DNA from: Desulfobacterales bacterium
GTDB taxonomy: Bacteria; Desulfobacterota; Desulfobacteria; Desulfobacterales; UBA2174
NCBI GenBank assembly: GCA_963668645.2
Contig: CAXXWC010000003.1
Coordinates: 128,001 to 192,000, forward strand
Direction of reading: 5' to 3'
Length of the DNA: 64,000 nt
Positions 39,632 through 51,800 of the stretch are shown in pieces (within the stretch, counting starts at the first letter, position 1; each line of letters begins with the position of its first letter). The translations under genes were made by a program, and so were the position numbers. The notes under the pieces are model-generated. The model did not search any database, was not told the origin of the DNA, and saw nothing but the letters and a program-made list of their open reading frames with translations.

Positions 39632-42600
39632 CTAGCCCTCCAGCGCCGCTTTGACCTGTGCGGCCAGCGCCTCGCGCGAAAAGGGCTTCTCAATGAAATG
39701 GACCCCGGCATCCAACACCCCGTGGTGAGCGATGGTGTTGGCCGTGTAGCCGGACATGAACAAGACCTTGAGTTGCGGATACATTTCATGCAGCCGGGCC
39801 GCCAGGTCCCGGCCGTTCATTTCGGGCATCACCACGTCGGTGATCAGCAGATCCACCCTGCCGCCATGGGCCTCGGCCAGGCGGATCGCCTCGGCCGGAC
39901 CGCCGGCCGACAACACCGTATAGCCCAGCCCCCCCAGAATGATCTGCGCCAGCTTGAGCACCGACACTTCGTCTTCCACCACCAGGATCGTCTCGCCCCG
40001 GCCGGCAGCTTCCTGCCCCGCCGGAGGAGCCTCGTGCACCTCGACCTTGCCGGAGTGGCGCGGCAGGTAAATCCTGAAGGTCGTCCCTTGCCCCGGCTCG
40101 CTGTAGACGTTGATAAATCCCTCGTTCTGCTTGACGATCCCGTACACCGTGGCCAAGCCCAGACCCGTGCCCCGGCCCATCTCCTTGGTGGTGAAAAACG
40201 GCTCGAAAAGATTGGCCAGGGTTTCCTGGTCCATCCCCCGGCCGTTGTCGCTCACCGCAAGCATCACATACTCGCCGGGCACAAAACCCGGGTGGTCATT
40301 GCAGTAAACCGCGTCGAAGACCGCATTGTCCGTCCCGATGCCCACCTTGCCCACCCCGTCGATGGCGTCCCGGGCGTTGACCAGCAGGTTGGCCAGAATC
40401 TGGTTCAGCTGGCTCGGATCAATCTTTATCGGCCACAGGCCATCCTCGGGCAGCCACTGCAGGTCGATGTCCTCGCCGATCAGCCGCCGCAGCATTTTAA
40501 GCATCCCCTCCACCGTGTCGTTCAGATCCAGTACATGAGGAACGATGGTCTGTTTGCGTGCAAAGGCCAGCAACTGACGCGTGATGTCGGCCGAACGATT
40601 CGCCGCGGCAAGAATCTCGTCCAGATCCTCCACCAGCGAATCATCCGCCGCGATCTTCTGCTTGGCCAGTTCCGTATAGCCCATAATCACGCCGAGCATG
40701 TTGTTGAAATCGTGGGCCACTCCGCCGGCCAGGCGGCCCACGGCCTCCATCTTCTGGGCCTGGTGCAGCTGCTCCTGAAGCTTGATCTTTTCCTTTTCGG
40801 CCTGCTGGCGTTCGGTGACATCCACCAGCACCACCAGGTTGAACTGCCCGGCGGCGGCCATGCGAAACTCGACCTGGCGCACGCTGCCGTCCTTGCAGGT
40901 TACCGGGTGTTGCATCGGCTTGATTTCCGAGAGGGAATTTCTGGCCCGGGTTACCGCTGCTTCCCACTCCTGGCGGAAACGATTTCTCAGTACGGGGTCC
41001 GGATAGGCAAGCTGCCACCACTCCCTGACCGAGGGCATATCCAGAGCGGTATAGCCGAACAGGGCCGAAAACTTCGGACTGGCATAAATCACCCTTTCTT
41101 CCAGATCCGAAATCACGATCGCCACCGGCGCCAGTTCGGCAAACTGCCGGAATCGCAACTCACTTTCCCGCAGGGCCGCCTCGCTCCGCTTACGATCGGA
41201 AATATCCCGCGTTGTCCCTTGAAGCGCCACGGCTTGACCGGTCTGGTCATAGATAACCTTACCATGGATTTCGATCCAGAACGCTTCACCGTTCTTTTTG
41301 AGCATTTCGGTTTCGAAAAAGGCACCCGTACCTTCCGGCCCCTTTTCCATCTCGGCAAGGATCACGCCCACCGTGTGAGCAAAACTTTCTTCGTCGCAGT
41401 GGTCCGAAAGGGCCGATCCGATCCACTCCTCCGGCCTGTGGCCGGTCATGGCGAAAACGGCCGGGTTGACGTAGGTGAACTCGAGATCAAGATTCATGGT
41501 CCAGATAACGTCGAGCGTGTTTTCGGCCAGCAACCGATAGCGGCTTTCGCTTTGGCGCAACTCCTCTGTCTGTTTGGCCACCTGGCGGCGTAGCGTCCTA
41601 GTCCAGACGAACAGGGCCAGTACAACCGCCAGCAAAGGCAGAGCACCCAAGGCGACGGCCCGTAGAACCTGATTCAAATTTTGCTGCGAGGGCTCGTAGA
41701 CGCCCAGCCACCGATCGTAGATGCGCTGGTACTCGCCTTTTTTTTCAAGAACCTGCAGCCCCTCGCTGAGGCTGGCCAGCATGGCCTTGTGGCCGTTGGG
41801 CACTGCATAGCCGTATCCGGGCGAAAGCAGCGGCCGCTGGGCGACCATAAGGTTGTGCCAGCCGTGCTTTTCGATCCAGTAAAAGGCGGTGAGTCGCGAC
41901 ACCAGGGCGCAATCGTGCTTGCCGGCAGCCAGCTCCCGAAGCGCCTCTTCCTGGGTTGCGACAGGCACCACCCAAGGGCCCAGTCCGTTGTCTTCGGCGA
42001 AATCGTGCATGATGTCGCCGCGTTCGACCACGAGCCGCTTGCCGGCCAGTTCCGGCACGCTCGACGGCGGCGCAACCTGTCCCCGGCGCACCACTGCGAC
42101 ACAGTGATTGACGATGTGAGGCGGACTGAAATCGAAGGTCAAATCCCGATGGGGCGAGTAGAACATCCCTTGGATGGCGTCGATTTCGCCCTTTTCCAAA
42201 CCGTTGAGGATTTCGGTCCAGGGGCCGAGCCGAATCTCGATGTCCAGTCCCATCTCAAGGGCGATGGCCCGGGTCAGTTCCACGTTGTAGCCCGCCGGCC
42301 GGCCCTGCCCATCCAGATATTCGTAAGGCGGATAATTCTCGTCCCCGCCGATCACGATGCGCCGGTTGACCGGCAGCTCCAGGGCCGCGAACCACTTGGC
42401 GTGCAGGTGCCGGTAGGTCCCGTCGGCGGTTACCAGGGCCAGTCCCTCGTTTAAAAGTGCCAGGGTGTCGCGGTCGCCTTCGCGTACCGCAAAACAAAAA
42501 TCCTGCCGGAAGTCTTCGACGGGCCGGTTGATCACTTTCAGATTCTTCAGCCCGGTTTCCTGGATCAACCGCACGGCCACCAGACGCTGCACGAACACCG

Positions 42601-43132
42601 CGTCATAGCTTCCGGCGGCCAATTGCCGCAGGGCATCTTCAAAGGTGGCAGTGGTGTGGATCTGGATGCCCCGTTTTTTGCGACTTAAAAACTCCTCGGC
42701 GGTATCGCCTTTCATCACCGCCACCGATCTGCCCCGCAGATCGGAAAGGACCTGAATATCGCTGGTCCCGGCGCGCACCACGATGGCCCCGCTCTGCGAC
42801 ATGTAGGGAAAAGTAAAATCGAAGATCGCATCGCGCTCCGGTGTTCGCCCTACCAGGGGCAGGGCCTGCACCTGGCCGTGTTCCAGCCACCCTTTGACCT
42901 CATTCCAGGGACCGGTGCGAAAACTCACCTCACGGCCCATGGCCTTGAGCGCGGCTTGCATCAGCTCCACGGAAAAACCTCCGACCCGGCCGCTGTCATC
43001 CACGATGCAAAAGGGCGGATACGCGATTTCACTGGCCGAAAGGATGGGGTCCGCGGCGCTGACGCGGCTCGGGAGCGCTACGGCAAAGGCCCAAAAGGAT
43101 AGAATCGACGCCAGGATTGCAGCGCGCTTCAT
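39632..43132 (-). CDS. Hybrid histidine kinase with two periplasmic SBP_bac_3 domains, two PAS domains and C-terminal REC
   Basis: Two YPP(F/Y)..G(F/Y)xVEL repeats, TM helix, [26 protein letters not shown]; start uncertain. Confidence 0.9.
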   Translation of the reverse strand: MKRAAILASILSFWAFAVALPSRVSAADPILSASEIAYPPFCIVDDSGRVGGFSVELMQAALKAMGREVSFRTGPWNEVKGWLEHGQVQALPLVGRTPERDAIFDFTFPYMSQSGAIVVRAGTSDIQVLSDLRGRSVAVMKGDTAEEFLSRKKRGIQIHTTATFEDALRQLAAGSYDAVFVQRLVAVRLIQETGLKNLKVINRPVEDFRQDFCFAVREGDRDTLALLNEGLALVTADGTYRHLHAKWFAALELPVNRRIVIGGDENYPPYEYLDGQGRPAGYNVELTRAIALEMGLDIEIRLGPWTEILNGLEKGEIDAIQGMFYSPHRDLTFDFSPPHIVNHCVAVVRRGQVAPPSSVPELAGKRLVVERGDIMHDFAEDNGLGPWVVPVATQEEALRELAAGKHDCALVSRLTAFYWIEKHGWHNLMVAQRPLLSPGYGYAVPNGHKAMLASLSEGLQVLEKKGEYQRIYDRWLGVYEPSQQNLNQVLRAVALGALPLLAVVLALFVWTRTLRRQVAKQTEELRQSESRYRLLAENTLDVIWTMNLDLEFTYVNPAVFAMTGHRPEEWIGSALSDHCDEESFAHTVGVILAEMEKGPEGTGAFFETEMLKKNGEAFWIEIHGKVIYDQTGQAVALQGTTRDISDRKRSEAALRESELRFRQFAELAPVAIVISDLEERVIYASPKFSALFGYTALDMPSVREWWQLAYPDPVLRNRFRQEWEAAVTRARNSLSEIKPMQHPVTCKDGSVRQVEFRMAAAGQFNLVVLVDVTERQQAEKEKIKLQEQLHQAQKMEAVGRLAGGVAHDFNNMLGVIMGYTELAKQKIAADDSLVEDLDEILAAANRSADITRQLLAFARKQTIVPHVLDLNDTVEGMLKMLRRLIGEDIDLQWLPEDGLWPIKIDPSQLNQILANLLVNARDAIDGVGKVGIGTDNAVFDAVYCNDHPGFVPGEYVMLAVSDNGRGMDQETLANLFEPFFTTKEMGRGTGLGLATVYGIVKQNEGFINVYSEPGQGTTFRIYLPRHSGKVEVHEAPPAGQEAAGRGETILVVEDEVSVLKLAQIILGGLGYTVLSAGGPAEAIRLAEAHGGRVDLLITDVVMPEMNGRDLAARLHEMYPQLKVLFMSGYTANTIAHHGVLDAGVHFIEKPFSREALAAQVKAALEG

Positions 43133-43652
43133 CCCTGGTCGGAACCCTTGCGGATGTCGGGGATGCCTGCTCATGAATATCTTTGTCGACGGCCAGCCAT
43201 AAAAAACGCTTGGCTTGGCGATTGTGGAATGGAGGGATTGACGCCGTTTACCGATACCGGACCGCAAACCGCCTCTCAACCATCCATGCGTCCGATAGCC
43301 CGGTATCGCGGGGTATGTGCCATGCCGGACTATCTTGAGAGGTGAGTCTAAAGCTTACCATGAGTATGAAAAGATAGCCAGAACCGGGTGGTTCATGATG
43401 CCGGTACCGGTAAAAAGGGTGCGAGCCGCGGTCCGCTAAATGCCGCAAGGCGGTGGGAGGGTAAAACGGCCGCTCTGCTTACCGAGGGTTGTTGGAACGA
43501 TGGGAGGATGGGAAAGCCGCCAAGGCGCGGTTCGCCCCTGCCTTCCCATCCTCAAAGGCAACCTCAAGACCGGCCGGGAAAATGGTGCAGTGTAGCCCCG
43601 CAGGGGAGCGTCGATTGTCCATTGCGTTCCCGCAAGGCCGGGCCGAACCACT

Positions 43653-45392
43653 TCATGCCTTGTCCCATCCGCCGCCGGCCCGTGCCTCGGCCACCTCTTG
43701 GCCCGCCTGGTCCTTGAGCCGCACGTAGTCGGTCTTGGCCACCCGATTGAGCGGCATTGCGCCCGATTCCATAATCACGTAGAGCGAAGGGCGCATGTAG
43801 GCGGCGATCCCCTTAGCGTGGGCCTTGAGTTCCGCCTCGGTCAGCTCCACCCCCGGCCGCTTTTCCACGAAGAGCACCACCCCCTCGGTAAACAGGTCGT
43901 GGGGCTGGCCCACCGCCGCGGCCGAGGCCACCTTGGTGGACAGGGCGCAAAAATGGTCTTCGATCTGGGCCGGATGGACCTGGTAGCCCTTTGACTTGAT
44001 CACCAGCTTCGAACGCCCGGAAAAGTGCAACCCCTTTTCGTCCTTGTATCCCAGGTCTCCCGTGTAGCAGATCCCCTCGCGCGAAACGGTCCGCCGATAG
44101 GCTGCATCGTTGTTCACGTAGGCGATAAAGACCTGGGGACCGGAAAAACAGATCTCGCCGACCTGCCCGTCGGGCAACTCCTCGCCGGCCGTGCCGTCGT
44201 CGCCCATGGGCCGGCGGATCGACAGGGGGCTGATCGGCATGTCGTAGCCCACGCTGGCCAGGATATCGTCCACCGTGCCGTCCAGGGGCGAATAGGTGCA
44301 AAAGCCGCTCAGTTCGGTGAGCCCCAGGCCCGTGCCGAACTTGGGCGCCATGCGCGCGAGCTGATCGAGGAACTGGCGCGGCACCTGCTGGCCGCTGTAC
44401 ACGGCAAAGGTCAGCGAGGACAAATCGAAGTCACGGTAGTTGGGCAGGCGCCACTCCAGGGCAAAGAGAGCCGGGATCTGGCCGAGGCAGTTCACCTTGT
44501 AGTCATGGATCGCCCGCAGCGACTTTTGCGCGTCGAAAATGGGCAGCAGCACCACCGTGGCACCGCAGAAAAAGGGGGTCATGAGCTGTTCAGCCTGGCC
44601 GCCGACATGCGACGGCGGCAGGTTCAACAGCACGCGCGCGCCCGCCATGACGTCGAAAGCCCCGACCAGGCACATGTTCTGCACGGTGATGTTGCGGTGC
44701 GACAGCAGGGCCGGCTTGGGCATGCCGGTGGAGCCGGTGGTGTAGATCACCTGGGCTCCGTCGTTTTCGCCCACCGCGGCTATCGCCGCCTGATATTCGT
44801 CCAAAATCGGCGCCCGGGCCGGATCGGAAAGGGCCGAAAGCGCCTCTTCGGCCGCCTCCTGGGCCAGGGTGGCGGCCGGGATGGCAAAATCGAGGGTCTC
44901 GTCGGGTGGAGCGAATTGAATGAATACCTCCACGAACGGACAATTTTCCTTTACCGCCCGGCCCAAGGCGGAAAAATCAGCCACCGGCGTGCGGCCCAGA
45001 AAGGCGAACCCCTTGGCCCGGATCAATCCCAGTGAACGGATCACCTCGGGCGCCTTGAGCCGCAGGTCCAGAGGGGCATGAATCACCCCGATCTTGAAGC
45101 AGGCGTATTCGAGAAAGATGTGCTCGGGCAAAAACAAGAGGGAGGTGGCCAGGAAATCACCCTTGGTAAAACCGAGTTTGAGTAGCTTGAGGGCCAGGGC
45201 CGTGGTGATCTGGTCGAACTGCTGGTAGGTGTATTCTTTTTGGGTATCGACGTCGATGATCGCCAACGCCTCTGGTTTTTCGGCGGCCCATTTGGCGATA
45301 ACGCCGTGCAGCAGGTGCCGGTCGCCATAATCCTTCTCATAGTGATCCAGAGTATATTGCGGCACGCCGTTGCGATAGGTCAGTGAAGTCAT
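43653..45392 (-). CDS. Class I adenylate-forming enzyme (acyl-CoA synthetase-like)
   Basis: YTTGSTGMPK, GLTE, TGDLG, C-terminal catalytic Lys (VAKTD). Confidence 0.88.
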   Translation of the reverse strand: MTSLTYRNGVPQYTLDHYEKDYGDRHLLHGVIAKWAAEKPEALAIIDVDTQKEYTYQQFDQITTALALKLLKLGFTKGDFLATSLLFLPEHIFLEYACFKIGVIHAPLDLRLKAPEVIRSLGLIRAKGFAFLGRTPVADFSALGRAVKENCPFVEVFIQFAPPDETLDFAIPAATLAQEAAEEALSALSDPARAPILDEYQAAIAAVGENDGAQVIYTTGSTGMPKPALLSHRNITVQNMCLVGAFDVMAGARVLLNLPPSHVGGQAEQLMTPFFCGATVVLLPIFDAQKSLRAIHDYKVNCLGQIPALFALEWRLPNYRDFDLSSLTFAVYSGQQVPRQFLDQLARMAPKFGTGLGLTELSGFCTYSPLDGTVDDILASVGYDMPISPLSIRRPMGDDGTAGEELPDGQVGEICFSGPQVFIAYVNNDAAYRRTVSREGICYTGDLGYKDEKGLHFSGRSKLVIKSKGYQVHPAQIEDHFCALSTKVASAAAVGQPHDLFTEGVVLFVEKRPGVELTEAELKAHAKGIAAYMRPSLYVIMESGAMPLNRVAKTDYVRLKDQAGQEVAEARAGGGWDKA

Positions 45393-45627
45393 GAAACCAT
45401 ACCTTTGTGGTGAATGTTGACACAAAGCGGGCATTCCGCCCGCCGGTTCCGCAAGGGTGCCGGATACGATGCCGGCTGGTTTCTGTCAAGAAACTTACGC
45501 GCGGCAAATCCAAAATTCACATTAGAATCCGCCGTTATGGCAATCGATGATCGTTTTCAGATTTCATGACGCCTGGCAAGACGCACAGATCATGCCTGCG
45601 GAAAAACTCATCGGAAGCCCTGATTCA

Positions 45628-45776
45628 GCGCGGGGGGCGGCCTAACGGACCAAAAAGACGAAAAGGGCACGGAGAAGTTTCAAGCCACGCTCCCACATGG
45701 GTGGCGACACCCCAGGAACGCCAAGCCCCAACTTGGCAAGACGTTTCAATCCATGCCCAGTGTGTGCGGGGAAAGC
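45628..45776 (-). CRISPR. Relic type I-C-like mini-array ending in a chimeric I-C/I-E repeat
   Basis: Half repeat 45628-45641, 35-nt spacer, 32-nt repeat GTTTCAAGCCACGCTCCCACATGGGTGGCGAC (45677-45708), 34-nt spacer, hybrid repeat 45743-45776. Confidence 0.75.
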
Positions 45777-45808
45777 TGATGATATAGCTGCTACAGATGA
45801 TCAAGAGT

Positions 45809-48800
45809 CGGTTCATCCCCGCGTGTGCAGGGAACGCGTGGTCACCATATGGGACGATGAGCAGGAGCGCGATTCATCCCCGCGTGCGCGGGGAACGCTT
45901 GGTGCGGATGGCGTCCATGCACCGCTGCGCCGGTTCATCCCCGCGTGTGCGGGGAACGCTTAATCATATCGCCAGCGGTATCGGATTCGATCGGTTCATC
46001 CCCGCGTGTGCGGGGAACTCACCTGCCCGGGTCCGCCGGGTTGATCTTGCCGCGGTTCATCCCCGCGTGTGCGGGGAACGCTCACGCACCCACCGTCCAG
46101 GGTGGCGGTGCGACGGTTCATCCCCACGTGTGCGGGGAACGCGGCACGTGGCCAAGACCGGTCAGCTCCGTGATCGGTTCATCCCCGCGTGTGCGGGGAA
46201 CGCAATTCAAACTCCCCCGGCATTTCTTGACGAACCGGTTCATCCCCGCGTGTGCGGGGAACGCATAGTCCCGGGCCCGGACCCCGTACATGCCGTCGGT
46301 TCATCCCCGCGTGTGCGGGGAACGCAGCTCAGAAATAACCCAGCCGTTCGACCCCGTCGGTTCATCCCCGCGTGTGCTGGGAACGCTGCACCACACCCAA
46401 GACCTCAAGCCGCTGGATCGGTTCATCCCCGCGTGTGCGGTGAACGCAGCCTAACAGCCACTTTGTGAGGAAATCCACCCGGTTCATCCCCGCGTGTGCG
46501 GGGAACGCATACGGACATAGGGGTCGCCCTTACTCCCGGACGGTTCATCCCCGCGTGTGCGGGGAACGCGACTTAGAGACCTCTTTAACGCCCTAGTCTC
46601 TAGGTTCATCCCCGCGTGTGCGGGGAACGCTCCAGATAGCGGGCCACCTTGTCGTTGAAGGCCGGTTCATCCCCGCGTGTGCGGGGAACGCGTCACTTAA
46701 ACGATTGTAAACAGACTCTACAAGGGTTCATCCCCGCGTGTGCGGGGAACGCATGATTATAAGTCCTTTGTTAATGATGGTCAGCGGTTCATCCCCGCGT
46801 GTGCGGGGAACGCACTCGCGGATCTTGTCCTCGGTCGACAACTGACGGTTCATCCCCGCGTGTGCGGGGAACGCAAAAGGCGTCCGGCGACGTGCTGGAG
46901 GCGGATCGGTTCATCCCCGCGTGTGCGGGGAACGCTCATAGATGTTCCAGCACGAAAACTGCCAGGGCGGTTCATCCCCGCGTGTGCGGGGAACGCCCTG
47001 CCATGTTTCGTTTCGGGGGGTTATGATCCGGTTCATCCCCGCGTGTGCGGGGAACGCCAGAAGCCCATGACTCATTAGAGATAGAACGCCGGTTCATCCC
47101 CGCGTGTGCGGGGAACACGCCGGTGATCACGGCCGACAAAAGCCCGCTATCGGTTCATCCCCGCGTGTGCGGGGAACGCCAAAGTTTGTTCGTCGAGAAT
47201 TACCGGAGCCGCGGTTCATCCCCGCGTGTGCGGGGAACGCAGCATGTCGTCGACACCCCGCGGCGTGCGCTCCGGTTCATCCCCGCGTGTGCGGGGAACG
47301 CATGCTCTACGACCCGTATGATTTCGAGGGTAGCGGTTCATCCCCGCGTGTGCGGGGAACGCAGCGCAGGTGCCGTTCCGGCGGCGCCGCTGCCCGGTTC
47401 ATCCCCGCGTGTGCGGGGAACGCTTGGTGCCTGCAAGCATTCGCCCGAAAAGCGCCGGTTCATCCCCGCGTGTGCGGGGAACGCGACCATCATTCCAATG
47501 CTCACGATTTTGTTTACGGTTCATCCCCGCGTGTGCGGGGAACGCCGACGCCTGCGACGCGTTCGACGGCGACGAAACGGTTCATCCCCGCGTGTGCGGG
47601 GAACGCTGCCATGGGAGCGTAAATCCCAAGATTGTCGTCGGTTCATCCCCGCGTGTGCGGGGAACGCGGAATCGCGTCCAGCTCCTCGCGCATGGCCGCC
47701 GGTTCATCCCCGCGTGTGCGGGGAACGCATCCGCAGGTCCAGCAGGTTCTCGCATATGGTCGGTTCATCCCCGCGTGTGCGGGGAACGCTTGTAGTCCTG
47801 AGCGTCGGCGTCCCAGGCGAGCGGTTCATCCCCGCGTGTGCGGGGAACGCACCCCGGCCACCTTGTCGGGCGACGTGCCCATCGGTTCATCCCCGCGTGT
47901 GCGGGGAACGCAGCCCCTGGACCTGCGAGACCTCCAGAAAATCCGGTTCATCCCCGCGTGTGCGGGGAACGCTATGCCATCGCTCCTGCGGCCAGCGCGG
48001 TATACGGTTCATCCCCGCGTGTGCGGGGAACGCTTCTTCGGGTCGCTTTTGTCCTTGGCGTCCTTCGGTTCATCCCCGCGTGTGCGGGGAACGTCCGTGC
48101 CTAAAAATGTTCCGGGACAAGCACGACGGTTCATCCCCGCGTGTGCGGGGAACGCTGTCGATGGGCTTTGGCATTCCGTATCCGGTTCGGTTCATCCCCG
48201 CGTGTGCGGGGAACGCCAATATGCCACCGATCTTGATCACCATTAAATCGGTTCATCCCCGCGTGTGCGGGGAACGCTTACTGCATTTAGCCGTGGCGTT
48301 ATTGACAGCCGGTTCATCCCCGCGTGTGCGGGGAACGCAGTGGATACTCGCTCACCTGGCCGCCCTCGGCCGGTTCATCCCCGCGTGTGCGGGGAACGCG
48401 TGCGGGCCTGGACAACCGCATCGAGATCCGCCGGTTCATCCCCGCGTGTGCGGGGAACGCCTGCTGGCTGACGAAATTATCGATGAGGTCGGCGGTTCAT
48501 CCCCGCGTGTGCGGGGAACGCATGCGCCGCATGGTGTTTGGCACCAGCGGGCGCGGTTCATCCCCGCGTGTGCGGGGAACGCTGGAGGGGCATGAGCTAT
48601 GGGTGCCAAGGGAACGGTTCATCCCCGCGTGTGCGGGGAAACGCCCGATGCCACAGCCTCTGAATTTTTCTCCATGCGGTTCATCCCCGCGTGTGCGGGG
48701 AACGCTATAAGATTGCCGTACTTTTCTTCATCCAAACCGGTTCATCCCCGCGTGTGCGGGGAACGCTGCTGCCCGGGGGCGCGTAGCGGAGTATTTTTCG

Positions 48801-51800
48801 GTTCATCCCCGCGTGTGCGGGGAACGCCCCCATCTCTTGGGTTACGGACGGACATAACGCGGTTCATCCCCGCGTGTGCGGGGAACGCCAAATCGTGTTT
48901 CCTTTCCCGTCGAAGACGGCCGGTTCATCCCCGCGTGTGCGGGGAACGCGTATTCACTAAGCGCCTGGCTTCTTAGCCGGGCGGTTCATCCCCGCGTGTG
49001 CGGGGAACGCGTGTTCGACGAGTTCCCGCGGATCTATATTAGCGGTTCATCCCCGCGTGTGCGGGGAACGCGCGCCGACAACTCGCGCCCGTCGGTAAAC
49101 GACCGGTTCATCCCCGCGTGTGCGGGGAACGCTCCTGTCCGTGCCTAACAAGTAAAAACAAGCACGGTTCATCCCCGCGTGTGCGGGGAACGCTGGCGCG
49201 GCAGACAGGTTCGATGCCGATTTGGCGGTTCATCCCCGCGTGTGCGGGGAACGCATTCCATTGATGTTGTCGGATCCTGGCCGCACCGGTTCATCCCCGC
49301 GTGTGCGGGGAACGCCCAAATTCCAACGAATTGATTGCCCCCTGAAACGGTTCATCCCCGCGTGTGCGGGGAACGCAGACCATCTATATTAGTATAGACG
49401 ACACGCCCCGGTTCATCCCCGCGTGTGCGGGGAACGCGTTGGCCGTGCTGGCCGCGGCCGGATTGAGGCCGGTTCATCCCCGCGTGTGCGGGGAACGCCC
49501 AGCCGTCCCGGAAAATCTGGCCCACGTGTACGGTTCATCCCCGCGTGTGCGGGGAACGCACGGATCTTGGCCGAAGGACAAGGGTGAGGACCGGTTCATC
49601 CCCGCGTGTGCGGGGAACGCCTTTTGGCACCCATAGCCGGTGTCCTCTCAGGCGGTTCATCCCCGCGTGTGCGGGGAACGCGGTGGCACCCTGCGCACAG
49701 ACGGCCTGCGGCGCGGTTCATCCCCGCGTGTGCGGGGAACGCGCCAAAGGCCAGCGCTCCGGAACAGATATGTTCGGTTCATCCCCGCGTGTGCGGGGAA
49801 CGCATCTTCTCCCAGCAGGAACCGATCAATCAGGACGGTTCATCCCCGCGTGTGCGGGGAACGCCTGGTAAAGAGGTTTGTCCGGGACACCAGGAACGGT
49901 TCATCCCCGCGTGTGCGGGGAACGCCCGCCGGTTCTGCTGTGTCGCGAACACCAGCTCGGTTCATCCCCGCGTGTGCGGGGAACGCCACCCCCATGCCCA
50001 CCTCCCGTCTCTTTCGTCCGGTTCATCCCCGCGTGTGCGGGGAACGCTATACGGGCTGACGGGTTTGGGGATGCGATTTCGGTTCATCCCCGCGTGTGCG
50101 GGGAACGCATATCAATAGCAAGGTCGAGAATCTCAGAAGACGGTTCATCCCCGCGTGTGCGGGGAACGCATCAGGGTAAACTAAATCAGAGGAAGGGGAA
50201 CCGGTTCATCCCCGCGTGTGCGGGGAACGCTCCAGGGGTCACTGTTCACGATTCTCTACCTGCGGTTCATCCCCGCGTGTGCGGGGAACGCTGCTTACCT
50301 GGAGGTTTCCGCATGACCGCGACCGGTTCATCCCCGCGTGTGCGGGGAACGCTGCGCCATGCCAGGCATGGTCACCGAGCACATCGGTTCATCCCCGCGT
50401 GTGCGGGGAACGCGTTGGAAATAATTTTCATCATCGTCAAAATTTCGGTTCATCCCCGCGTGTGCGGGGAACGCCAGCCTCGTGTCAGTATCCGTCATTG
50501 ATCCGCCGGTTCATCCCCGCGTGTGCGGGGAACGCCCGACACGGTGGACGCGGAGCTGATCTGCGTCCGGTTCATCCCCGCGTGTGCGGGGAACGCTCCG
50601 GTTTTTCTAATTTTGCCTGTCGTTATGGCGGTTCATCCCCGCGTGTGCGGGGAACGCAATAGCTGGTGTTTTTCTCCCTGATCCGGAACCGGTTCATCCC
50701 CGCGTGTGCGGGGAACGCTAATTTATCAGTTGTCAAGGAATCTAATTTCCCGGTTCATCCCCGCGTGTGCGGGGAACGCTCCACCTTGGCCACCCATGGC
50801 GGCCGGCACGTCGGTTCATCCCCGCGTGTGCGGGGAACGCCGGGCCTGCTGGACATTGACGGTAGGTTTTTCCGGTTCATCCCCGCGTGTGCGGGGAACG
50901 CTCGAAAATAGCAAAGGAGGACCCATGAAAAAGCGGTTCATCCCCGCGTGTGCGGGGAACGCCTTTTCTCAAGACGACCCAGTTCCGGGGCAACCGGTTC
51001 ATCCCCGCGTGTGCGGGGAACGCGCGCTGGCGGGCAAAGAGGCGCTCGATCATCGCGGTTCATCCCCGCGTGTGCGGGGAACGCAGCTCTGGCAGATGGA
51101 TCCCCAGGGCCAGCGTCGGTTCATCCCCGCGTGTGCGGGGAACGCATATAATTATCGGAGACGTCATTTTAGGTGCGCGGTTCATCCCCGCGTGTGCGGG
51201 GAACGCACTTGGAGTTGATGAAACGCATCTTGCACCCCCCGGTTCATCCCCGCGTGTGCGGGGAACGCTGTATCAGACCCTACCCTGTAAGGCCTGCCAT
51301 CGGTTCATCCCCGCGTGTGCGGGGAACGCGGATATTCCAGCACCGGCCGCCGCATTTCTGGCGGTTCATCCCCGCGTGTGCGGGGAACGCAACTGCCGGT
51401 TGTCTGCGTAGCGCAGCACGGCCGGTTCATCCCCGCGTGTGCGGGGAACGCAACGACGGAACGAATTGCGAGCTTTTGCACACCGGTTCATCCCCGCGTG
51501 TGCGGGGAACGCTGCGGCTGTCAGCCCCATCATCGCCATGATGTCGGTTCATCCCCGCGTGTGCGGGGAACGCATTACATGATTTGTACCAAGCCCTCGA
51601 AACTCCGGTTCATCCCCGCGTGTGCGGGGAACGCCAGCTAGGGCTCTGATGAACTTGATGCCAGGGCGGTTCATCCCCGCGTGTGCGGGGAACGCTGTGT
51701 TTTTTCCCCTATTGTTATTTTTTGCACCGGTTCATCCCCGCGTGTGCGGGGAACGCTTTGAAAATCTGCGCCCAACACTACCAGCCACCGGTTCATCCCC

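Noticed and set aside
17081..40760. Nucleotide similarity between the two hybrid kinase C-termini
   Set aside because: Ordinary paralogy of HisKA-HATPase-REC modules; not a repeat element or recent duplication.
43575..43610. GGGAAaatGGTGCAgtgtaGCCCCGCA resembling part of a cobalamin riboswitch
   Set aside because: Lacks the AATCC and B12-box elements, and there is no downstream gene on that strand.
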